Origin: Macrostomum hystrix
Lineage: Eukaryota; Animalia; Platyhelminthes
Direction of reading: 5' to 3'
NCBI GenBank assembly: GCA_950097015.1
Contig: CATNEN010000039.1
Span: forward strand, 14,756,001 to 14,820,000
Length of the DNA stretch: 64,000 nt
A model generated the notes under the pieces. That model did not search any database and was not told the origin of the DNA. It saw only the letters and a list, made by a program, of their open reading frames with translations. Below are positions 38,257 to 48,759 of the stretch, in pieces. Position 1 is the first letter of the stretch. Every line of letters starts with the position of its first letter. The translations under genes were made by a program, and so were the position numbers.

Positions 38257-39024
38257 CCGGGTGGCCCATGCGTTTAAGGACAACTTAAAAATAATAAAAT
38301 GTATATACATTTTTATTATAAAAACAACCAACAAACGAAAACTTTAACATTTTAACTGACCGCCATAATGTCTAGATGGCAACTAAAAATAACATGTACT
38401 CAGTGTAGCCCCCCTCCGCTGCATACACGGCTTCAATGCGAGACCGAAACTTGGTACAGGCACCTCTGATGACGGCAGGGCCCTGAGCTGACCAGGCAGC
38501 ACTAACAGCAACTTGGAGAGTCTCCACGGTAGCATAAGTTGTTAAACATGCAACGCGGGCCACGTTCTTCCACACAAAGTAATCGAGAGGGGAACAGTCT
38601 GGACTCGATGGTGGCCAAGTGGTCGCATCCCAGAAGTCCTCGCCGAGCTCCCGGCGAAGAAATTCTTGAGTAGCGACAGCCGTGTGGGCAGGAGCGCCGT
38701 CCTGCTGAAAAACAAACGTACCTGGGGCAAAGTTGTGTCGAATCCATGGCAGTACATGATCCTGCAGCATGCGGATGTACTCGGCTGAGTTGATTTTCAC
38801 TCCAGCTGGTACCTGTGCTGGGCTTATACCCCGCGCGAGCTGGTCTACCACCATCAAACGTTTAGCGCGATTCATGGCTAATGCTAAGTTGCCGAAAATT
38901 TTCGCGGCAGCTACAGACTATATAGATACTATTTTGTCTATGACCAATACTATTATGCTCTAGCTACCGCTGGCTTTGCTTTCTTCTATTTTTAAGGTTG
39001 TCCTTAAACGCATGGACCACCCGG
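38257..39024 (-). mobile_element. Internally deleted Tc1/mariner (maT/DD37D-like) transposon
   Basis: ~36-bp TIRs ccgggtggcccatgcgtttaaggacaac / gttgtccttaaacgcatggaccacccgg, TA on both sides; ORF 38875-38372 with FQQDGAPAH...WPPSSPDCSPLDY. Confidence 0.92.
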
Positions 39025-39837
39025 TAGATCCTGTTTAAGATATTTAAGCCGGGAAGAGACGCCAGTCTTTTTTGTTTGACAGACTGTTTATTCTTAGCCA
39101 TTTTTACCTTCTGACCTCCGTGGTGCCTTCTAAGCAGATGAAATTATAGCGATTTTAGCACCCGGCAGCAAATTTATTTCTCCTGCAGAATTCCCAAGCC
39201 TTTCTTGAGTCTAATGCATCTCTTTTTTTCCCTAACTGTTAAATTACCATTTACTTTTTGTCATAAAGAAATGGAATAGAAATAATTTTCTTTCTCGTCT
39301 TAGCCGAGAAGAATATGTGGTGCCCCCATACTTTATTTAACAAGTTGGTAAGTTTTGAACCGAAATAAAGGGCTGATGGAAAAGTAGGTTTTGAATTCGG
39401 AGCAAAAAGGGAAGCCGTCTCCAATCTGAAGACAAGCTCCTGAAATAAACGATAGGGTTGTTGCCACCTTGGTCGAAAGGTTGGATGGTCTCTTAAGAAT
39501 TCTTTAGCCTCAGACCTATAATCTGAAAATAATTAATACCTGAAACGATCAAGACTCAGACAGTTTTAGGTGGACAATCTTCCGCACTAATGTAAGTTGA
39601 CGCTGCTAAAAGGGATGTTGTGATTTAATAGTTTTCTATGAACTGTATTTTTGCGGTGCCCTTTCGATCACTGTCGCGTTGAACTTTGAGTCGCTTACCC
39701 CCTGCTCCTGTCTGTGCTCTGTTCCCTTAAATACCCGATCGAGACTGAGATTACTTCTGATTAGAATATTCAAACCCTTTACAATGTCTGCGATATATCC
39801 ACTGTACTGGCTTAAACTTAAGCACAACAGGGATTCT

Positions 39838-41387
39838 TCCACTATACTAAAAATGAAATGCTTGCTTGCTTGCTTGCTTGCTTGGTTGGTTGCTTGCTTG
39901 TAATTGATTTTCTCCCGAGCGGCTCAACCGATTTTCACCATTTCTTCACCAAAAGATGCTAAATATGGGTAAAATTTTACACGTATTTTTATTAAGCTTA
40001 ACTTTATTGCTAAGGGGATTTAATATTCGAAAAACTGTTTTAGATAGGATTTCAAAGGTCAAACTATCTTGGCCTATTGAGAATTTCATTCACTGACTGC
40101 CACTGAATTAGAATTGCATCGTCAAATTGCGCAACAACCCCTAGCTGATTGAATTTAAAGGCTGCACTCTGGAGACAAATTGGAAATAAATGTACACAAC
40201 CAACCACGAGACTGAGTGTACTCTATTTTCTCACTTCATTGTACAAAGCCAGAACTTTGAGAATTCATTTTATAAGGCTGATTTTTGCACCCACTAACCA
40301 ACAGTCGGAATAGCCGATGTGTAGGCACTAGGAATAGGTTAAGCTAGGCTACGGTTCGATTCTGCACTGCGTCAAATCATCATCATTTAGACTAATTTTC
40401 AGCCAGTAGTGATTGAAGATTATTTTAATCTATTTTTTTCATTTCGTAAATAAAATATCATAAATCATAGCAAATCTGAGTTTGAATCATTGCAAAAATA
40501 GAGTTTGAATCATGGCTAAACCAGAGTTTGAATCATGGCTAAACCAGAGTTTGAATCATGGCTAAACCAGATCTTGAATCATGGCTAAACCAGAGTCTGA
40601 ATCATGGCAAAACTGGAGTCTGAATCATGGCTAAACTAGAGTCTGAATCATGGCTAAACCAGAGTCTGAATCATGGCAAAACTGGAGTCTGAATCATGGC
40701 TAAACCATAGTCTGAATCATGGCTAAAATAGAGTCTGAATCATGGCTAAACCATAGTCTGAATCATGGCTAAACCATAGTCTGAATCATGGCTAAAATAG
40801 AGTCTGAATCATGGCTAAACCAGAGTCTGAAACATGGCTAAACCAGAGCTTGAATCATGGCTAAACTGGAGTCTGAATCATGGCTAAACCAGAGTCTGAA
40901 TCATGGCTAAACCAGAGTCTGAATCATGGCTAAACCAGAGTCTGAATCATGGCTAAACCAGAGTTTGAATCACGGCTAAACCAGAGTTTGAATCATGGCT
41001 AAACCAGAGCTTAAATCATGGCTAAACCAGCGTCTGAATCATGGCTAAACCAGAGTCTGAATCATTGCTAAACCAGAGTTTGAATCATGGCTAAACCAGA
41101 GTTTGAATCATGGCTAAACCAGAGTTTGAATCACGGCTAAACCAGAGTTTGAATCATGGCTAAACCAGAGCTTAAATCATGGCTAAACCAGAGTCTGAAT
41201 CATGGCTAAACCAGCGTCTGAATCATGGCTAAACCAGAGTCTGAATCATGGCTAAACCAGCGTCTGAATCATGGCTAAACCAGAGCTTAAATCATGGCTA
41301 AACCAGAGTCTGAATCATGGCTAAACCAGAGTCTGAATCATGGCTAAACCAGCGTCTGAATCATGGCTAAACCAGCGTCTGAATCAT
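39838..41387 (+). mobile_element. 3'-truncated copy of the satellite-bearing Helitron
   Basis: TCCACTATACTAAAAATGAAATGC start; ~630 bp close to 4316-4912; then 23-bp array 40470-41387. Confidence 0.85.
40470..41387 (+). repeat. 23-bp satellite, third array (~40 copies)
   Basis: gaatcatggctaaaccagagt(c/t)t units. Confidence 0.95.
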
Positions 41388-41606
41388 TCGCTTTCACTTC
41401 GCTTTCACTTCACCCACAGCGTTCACTTCTCTGGGTGTCTAATGTACATCAACCGCGTGCATGCCTTTCTCTCTCACTTTTACACCTTGGCACTGATTGC
41501 TATTTAACTCGTGAGTCAATAAATAAATCGCTGTAAATCTTCGTCAACTCTAAGTCGCAGTCTCTCTGCCTTAGTCCACAGGTGGTAGCAGAGCGTGGTT
41601 TCCACA

Positions 41607-42407
41607 ATGGCTGAGAAAGCTAGTGCAGCGCTGCCCAGAGTATTCAGTGCAGGTAACTTTAAAGAATGGCTGCAGCGTTTTGAAGTTTGTGCCAAAGTGA
41701 ACAAGTGGGACGCTTGCAAGGCGGAGCGACTGGCAACTTTTCTAGACGGCGAAGCCCTTGTCGTCTATTTGGAACTGTCTGCAGCCGATCAGGCAGAATT
41801 CGGAAAAGTTACTGGAGCACTGGAGAATGCTTTCCACCCGGACCGAGAGCACTTCGCCGTCATGGAGGCGTTCAAGGCGAGGAGAATTTTGGCAAGTGAG
41901 ACTCCACGCATGTACCTGTACGAGTTGAAGAAACTGCTGCAGAGCTCTGCCGTGGTCGATGTGGATGCTCGAGAAGCCCTGCTGTTTCATCAGTTTATCT
42001 GTGGCCTGCCAGACTCCGTGGGCTGGCAGATTCGAGCAGACACCAACATCAAGACCTCAGTGCAAGCGCTTGAAAAGGCTCAGCTACTGATGCAGCACAA
42101 TTCAGCAGCAACGCAAGCAGCTGCGGTACAGCCTCGGCAGAGCCAGTCCAGCGAAGTACAGGAGCTGCGGGACACAGTGCAGAGTCTGCAGGCCTCAGTG
42201 AGTACATTGAGCACCCAGCTGGAGCAGCTGGCAGCCTGTGGAGTGAGAAGCAGCAGTACAGCAAGGCCACACCGACCGAGATCCGATATCGTCTGCTACA
42301 ACTGCCACAAAACCGGCCACATCGCCAAGGACTGCTACAGCCGGCGGCAGCAGTCGGGAAACGCCAGAGGCTGGGGTGGGCGGGCCCGCCACCTCGGCCA
42401 GCAGTAA
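41607..42407 (+). CDS. gag: Gag with CCHC zinc knuckle
   Basis: FKEWLQRFEVCAKVNKW...LATFLDGEAL...CYNCHKTGHIAKDC. Confidence 0.92.
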   Translation: MAEKASAALPRVFSAGNFKEWLQRFEVCAKVNKWDACKAERLATFLDGEALVVYLELSAADQAEFGKVTGALENAFHPDREHFAVMEAFKARRILASETPRMYLYELKKLLQSSAVVDVDAREALLFHQFICGLPDSVGWQIRADTNIKTSVQALEKAQLLMQHNSAATQAAAVQPRQSQSSEVQELRDTVQSLQASVSTLSTQLEQLAACGVRSSSTARPHRPRSDIVCYNCHKTGHIAKDCYSRRQQSGNARGWGGRARHLGQQ

Positions 42408-45400
42408 CTGCGGGTTCATCAGCGCAGGTTCCGGGGCCAGCGCTCGCAGTCGGCGGGGTCTTCAGTGGATGCAGCGTTACGCCCGACCGACTTTCGCAGT
42501 TTGAGTGCAAGCTTGATGGTAGAAGTGTAAAGGCGCTTTTAGACACCGGCAGCCAGTGCTCACTGGTCGACTCCAGCATTCTGACGAAATCGCAGCTCAG
42601 CCGCGCAACTTCAGCCGGAGTGCAGCTGCACTCGGTGAACAAGCAGCCAATCAGCATCGAGTGGCAGATCGAGTTGCCGCTCACAGTCGGGAAAGTGACA
42701 GCGCTGCATTTGTTCTACGTGGTGTCCGATTTGGTTTGTCCTGTCATCGTCGGGATCGACTTCATCGGCAAGCACCGTTTGCAGCTGGACTTCAAGGCCA
42801 ACCCTGCAGCTGCTGGTCGTATCTGCAGTGCAAGGTTCCAGAGTGAGACGGACGACCAAGTTGACATCGAGGATGCTCTCGTGCCCGAGTTCAGCTGCGT
42901 GGATTTTGAGCTGCCAACCACCGATGACCCCGAAGTTCAGCGACTGATGATGGAGTTCAAGGACGTGTTCAAGAAGAAGCCGGGACTTACGCACCTCCAG
43001 CAGCATCGAATTGTTCTCGCTGATGAGGTGCCAGTTCGTGTCCCACCGCGCCGAATGCCCGTGCACTACCGGGAGAAGGCGGAGCTGCTGATTCAGGAGC
43101 TGCTGGAGAACGACGTGATCGAACTGAGCGAGAGTCCGTACGTGGCTCCACCGGTGTACGTGACCAAGAAGGACGGCAGTTTGCGGCTGACCATCGACTA
43201 CAGAGAGCTCAACAAGAAGACGATTCGGTCGGCGCAAGGAATTCCGCTAATGGAGGAGGCACGAGATCGAATAGCGGGCAGCACGGTGTTCTCAGTGCTG
43301 GATCTCAATGGAGGTTACTTTCAGATCCCTCTGGCTGAAGAAGACAGACAGAAGACGGCCTTTAGCCCTGGACCAGGGATGCCGCTATACCAATTTAAGA
43401 GAATGCCTCAAGGCCTGTCAGGTGGCCCCAGCACGTTCTGCATGCTTATGTCCAAAGTTTTCAATGGCTGTGACTTCGTCTTCACGTTTTTCGATGACAG
43501 CCTGTGCTTCTCGAAGACCAGGAAGGAGCATCTGCTGCAACTGCGAGAGGCACTTCAGCGTGTCCGAGCAGCCGGACTGACACTGAGAGGCTCCAAGTGC
43601 AAGATCGCGGTGCCTGAAGTGACTTTCCTCGGCATGCGCTATTCAAAGGAGGGAGCTCAGCCAAGCAAAGAGAAGCTGGAGGCGATTCAGCAGTGGAAGG
43701 AGCCGAGGTCAGTCAAGGAGATCCGCCAGTTTATCGGCCTGTGCAACCAGTACCGCCGCCATGTCGCCAACTTCGCTGCCATCGCTGCACCACTTCACCA
43801 CCTGACTGGCAAGGGCGTGGCGTTTGAGTGGACTGCAGAGTGCCAAGCTGCCTTCGACGAGCTCAAGATCTGCCTGATGAGTCCTCCGATCCTGGTGAAC
43901 CCGGACTTTTCCAAGGAGTTCGCTGTCTTCACGGATGCCAGCGGCAGTGGGGTCGGTGCAATCCTGAAGCAAGGCGATGCAGTGATCGAGTTTTCGAGCA
44001 GGGCGTTCAACTCGGTGGAGAAAAAGTCTCGGCAACAGAGAAGGAGTGTCTGGCCATCCTGCACGCTTTCAAAGTCTTCCGGCATTACTTGCTTGGCAAG
44101 CATTTCACGGTGCACACGGATCACTGCCCGCTCACCTACATCGATTCCCAGAGAATCGATAGCTATGGTAGGCTGGGTCGCTGGCGGCTGCTGCTCCAAG
44201 AGTTCGACTTCACCGTCAAGTACCGCAGAGGTGTGGAGAATTCTGATGCCGACGCGCTGTCCAGGCTGCACGCCCCGGAAATTGCAGCGACTCAACTGAC
44301 AGCAGAAATCGGCTCGGAAGAGCTCAAAACTGCTCAGCGGCAAGATCCAGAGCTTAGTCAGGTGATTCAAGCGATCGTCAACGAGCCAGACGTGCCTCCA
44401 AGATGGCGTTCAGGACCGCTGCAGCAGCTGAGCAGAATCTGGAGGAAGCTGAAGCTGAATGATGACGGAGTTCTCTCCCGCAAGTTCAACGACCTGGACG
44501 GACTGAGGGAAGTTCCAGTGGTGCCGGCATTTCTACGACACCAGTTCCTAGCAGACGCTCACGAAGGTCTGGGAGGCCACTTCGGTGCCGAGAAATGCTA
44601 CCGCACGCTCAAGCTGACTGCCTACTGGCCGGGCATGGCTGAGGATGTCCTGCAGCACTGCCAGAGCTGCGCCGTCTGCCAGGAGAAGAAGGCAGGCTCG
44701 CAGCCCAAGGCGCCACTCGGAGAGCTGCCTATCGGATCGCCATGGGACTCGGTGGCCATCGACATCGTCAAGGTGGCACCATCATCACGCGGCAACCATT
44801 ACCTGCTGGTAGCTCAGGACCAATTTTCCAAGTACCTGACGGCTGTGGCGTTACCAGACAAGACGGCCCAGACTACGGCTCGCGCCTTCCTTTCAATCTG
44901 CTCCCAGGCTGGACTGCCTCGAGTCATCCACTCGGACCAAGGCCCGAATTTCGAGAGCCAGCTCTTTCAAGACACTCTGCGCGGTCTGGGAGTCACCAAG
45001 ACAAGAACCACAGCGTACAATCCGAAAGGAAACGGACTGGCCGAGTCGGGAAACAAGTCCGTGCTGCAACTACTCAGGTGCTTCACCGAGCGAGAGAGCG
45101 AGTGGGAGGACAAGCTGCCGCTGATCCTGCTGTCCTACAACTCGCGAGTGCACTGCTCAACGCGACTGCCACCGCTGAAGGTCTTCACCGGGCGTGACCC
45201 TTGTCTGCCAGTCCTCAGCCAGCAGCCCAGGCGGTTCTACGACGTGCGGACCTACGCAGACAAGCTGGAGGCCGACCTGCTGCGCATTCGAGAGTTTGTC
45301 GAGGAGCACCTGGTGCAGGCGGCTGGTGAGCAGCAGAGCGACTACAACAGGTCAGCCGGGCAGCTGCGCAGATTCGGCCAGGGCGACGAGGTGCTGCTGC

Positions 45401-45684
45401 GCATCGAGCTGAGGGGCTCCAAGCTGGCGCCGTACTGGGACACCGGCTGGCGGGTGCTGTCCCAGCGCAATCTGGTGGTCGAGATCGGCAAGAATGGCAA
45501 GACGCGCAGAGTGAACGTAAACCGCCTTCGGCCGCTGTTCCTGCCGGCACCCGACGTCGACCGTTTCGAGCAGCCGCCCTTCGCGCACGAGCTGCACGGC
45601 GGCGGAGACGCTGCGGACGAGCTGCACCAGAGGCGCTACCCGGTGCGGAGGCGGATGCCGGTTGATCGATATGTGCCGGGTTGA
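42356..45684 (+). pseudogene. pol: Pol (PR-RT-RNase H-IN) via -1 frameshift, disrupted by a 1-bp deletion near 44027
   Basis: G_GGA_AAC at 42356-42362; ALLDTGS; RT LDLNGGYFQI...MPQGL...FFDD; FTDASG; SATEKECLAI continues in another frame; HHCC; IDIV...HSDQG...GLAE. Confidence 0.9.
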
Positions 45685-46872
45685 ACTTTTGATTAAATGG
45701 CTGCGCTGAACTCATTCATTGACTGTCTTAATATTGCTTAAGTTGCACCAATCACTTGCTGCGTTTTTATTCTTTTTGAATTTATTTATTTCCTTCGAGC
45801 CTTCTCTTTTCTTTGCGTGGGAGGATTGTAGTGTGTGGCAATGCATCGTACATATGCGTTCACTTCTCTGGGTGTCTAATGTACATCAACCGCTTGCATG
45901 CCTTTCTCTCTCACTTTTACACCTTGGCACTGATTGCTATTTAACTCGTGAGTCAATAAATAAATCGCTGTAAATCTTCGTCAACTCTAAGTCGCAGTCT
46001 CTCTGCCTTAGTCCACATATCTTACTAACAAAAAAACCATCACCAACAAATTCATTTTTGACTACCAAAGACATCTTTCTGATGATTTTAAATCGCACAA
46101 AACCTAAAGCTACTACTATGATTTCTCACTCTTCAAAGCTATCCACATTCCTTATTTCCACTTTGCTAGCCGCTTCAGAAACAAAAATTTGCTCTCATTG
46201 TACATCAAACTTAAATCCGAATTTGTCCCTAAGAAACACACCAATCACCTTGCCAAATGTCAACTATGTAACTCTGACTATCCACCTGACATATTCTTAA
46301 AGAAGGACAATCTATCCTTTAGAGATTTCTATAAAATTGGTCTTTGTGCCTCTCCGAACAAATCTAAACAAGACCTTCGTTTTGTGAAATATATGTTTAC
46401 CATCTTCTTGATAAAATCTAATCCATCTGTTCCATGTTCTCCTTCTCTTCTCCTTTGTTCTTTCTCCTTCTCTACGCTAAACTCTTGTTTTCTTTTCTTT
46501 ACTGTTTTCTCTTTTTGACCTTAAGCCAACAACTTCAATCTACTAATCTACAATATTAAGTGCTAAGAACAGACCGCTTGCATAATTTTTTTTCGAGCGT
46601 TTTAGACTAGACTCGCATATTCAGAAAAAATCTAACGCGTTAGACAAAACATACACATTTTACTGTGCTCAGTTAAAACAGAAGGATAGATTCTTTCCAA
46701 ATTTCTCTCTATGAGGCTAGACTCACACTGCCAATGAAGCCAATAAATTAGACAAAACGGACTTAAAAAGCGCATATCCTCTGTGCTCACATAAAGGCAG
46801 AAATCCAAGAAGTTATTCCTCTTTAGACCTGCATCATGAAACAAAGAAGAGTGTTCCAGGATGAATCTTTCT

Positions 46873-47472
46873 CTAAAACTGACTGCCGTTAAGTTCACGA
46901 ATCGGCAACGAAACTTGCTGAAGTCCTGGATATGCGATTGAAAGCTTCAATATGGTCACATAAAGCGAGGCGGCTGTCCGCTTTACTTGGACCTTTTCAA
47001 GGAGATAGTTATGGTGCTCCTTCACTATCATCTATTGATTCATCTTGAAATATCGCCAAGTCTCCTGCGCCTTAAAGTCCACAAGAAACTTTCCTATGCT
47101 TATTGCAGAACGCAGACCATTTCGCTGTGACTTTTTCATCTGGTAGAGGTGATACTTAATGTGCGTGACGATTGAGGTGTCACTTTCATCAGGTGGTTGA
47201 ATTAGAGCACTATTAATCAAACGGTAATCGGCAAGCAGCTTGGCGAAAGTCTCCTCCCGCTTTATCTGACTCAAGGCTCGAAGTTGCCTTTCGTAGTCGT
47301 CTGATTCCAGAATTTCTCCCTCGGTTAATTGAAGAATTCGGCGTTTAAAATCTGCCCGTTCTAAGTTTTCGGCGGACTTTCGATTCCAGGACTTTCGATT
47401 GCTTCGATTGCAACATTGAGCAGACTCAAAGGTTGCGCCTTCTGTAGATCTCCTTATAAAATTACCATCCAA
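46873..47472 (-). pseudogene. Unidentified helical protein fragment with an in-frame stop at 47034-47032
   Basis: 146-aa ORF continues in frame for 52 more codons (MIVKEHHNYLLEKVQVKRTAASLYVTILKLSIAYPGLQQVSLP...). Confidence 0.35.
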
Positions 47473-47929
47473 GCTTGCTCCATTTCTAAAATTTAAGTTG
47501 GCTCTTAGTTTGAAAATGAATTACAAATACAGAGACTGCAGTATTTTGTGATACATTTATAAATTTTCATTATGCAGGTCAATACTTTCTTACCTTGATG
47601 ATTTGATAATAGAGGTTGAGTATGGTTTGACGTTGCACTAACAGTGCCTGCAGCTTGTTCATTGCTTAGGCGTTGATTGCTGAATTTAGTGATTGATTGC
47701 TGGGGGTTGATTTTCGAGTTTAGTTTTACAAAAAAGTGGTGGTCTTGTCCTTTCGCTGCCTCGAGCTAAATAGGCTAATATAGACCCTCCGCTTGTACCC
47801 GCTCACTAAGATGCTTTTTAGTCTATGGCCAAAATCACTGAGCGAAAAATCAAATCACTGGCTTACTATGTAATACATGTAGGATTAATAAGACTATACC
47901 GTATTAAAGGGATCAGAAGTTTGGAATGG

Positions 47930-48130
47930 GGAGCAGCAAAGAACTACTGCCCCCCAGCAGAAGTGAAGTAATGTCCCCCCCTAGCAACAAAGAACTAATG
48001 CCCTCAAGCAACAGAGAACTAATGCCCCCCAGCAACAGAGAACTAATGCCCCCCAGCAATAGAGAACTTATGCCCCCCAGCAACAGAGAACTAATTCCCA
48101 CCAGCAACAGAGAACGAATGCCCCCCAGCT
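47930..48130. repeat. 24-bp minisatellite (agcaacagagaactaatgcccccc)n
   Basis: About 8 degenerate copies. Confidence 0.85.
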
Positions 48131-48709
48131 TTTGCTGCCCAAGTTCACAGTACGGGTCTCTGAAATTTAGACAAGACTATCCGTGCCTTTGTTATAAAAA
48201 TACGCTGTTTCGCTTATTGATAATGTAAAGGGGCCTCATTGGCCAAATCAAACTAGCGCGCGAAATATTTATATATATTCTTTTATATGCTACAAATATC
48301 TAGATACATAATCTTTGTTTTACTCCACTGAAATATACTGGGAGTATTCAATAGGATTTTGGTATAAATACAGAGGGGTTTTCATATAGGAAGCGAACCG
48401 TTTGGTCTGCCATTAAATTGGAGCTTAAACAGTTCAGTCTCTTTGTGAGCATACTCAAAAAGCCTTACTTATTTCTAAGTGAGTGGAAACCATTAAAAAC
48501 CGATCCGGGAAAAGCCCGAGTACAGACTGGCCAAAGAGCCTGAATTATCTGACTAAAGTGTCTGAAACATGCATCTGAGAGCAGTGTCTCCAGAATTGCC
48601 TAGATCTAATATCTAGAACACTACTGGCAGAAGGCCAGAACTATAGTGTTAAGAGCCACGCTACCCAAACTATCAATAGTTTGAATCAATCCACCCAAGG
48701 GGGGTGCGT

Positions 48710-48759
48710 TATAATGATTGTATATAGGTCACTTAAGTGACCTATATACAATCATTATA
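48710..48759. repeat. Perfect 50-bp palindrome
   Basis: tataatgattgtatataggtcactt|aagtgacctatatacaatcattata. Confidence 0.9.

Larger units (their letters stand above)
41419..46017 (+). mobile_element. Near-complete Ty3/Gypsy LTR retrotransposon
   Basis: 3' LTR 45827-46017 (TG...CA, 191 bp); 5' LTR 41419-41580 lacks the first 29 bp and differs at one site seen; PBS TGGTAGCAGAGCGTGGTTTC (tRNA-iMet) at 41583; short PPT gggagga before the 3' LTR. Confidence 0.93.

Noticed and set aside
39251-39522. ~90-codon open stretch on the minus strand after a splice-acceptor-like site
   Set aside because: No recognisable homology or linked exons
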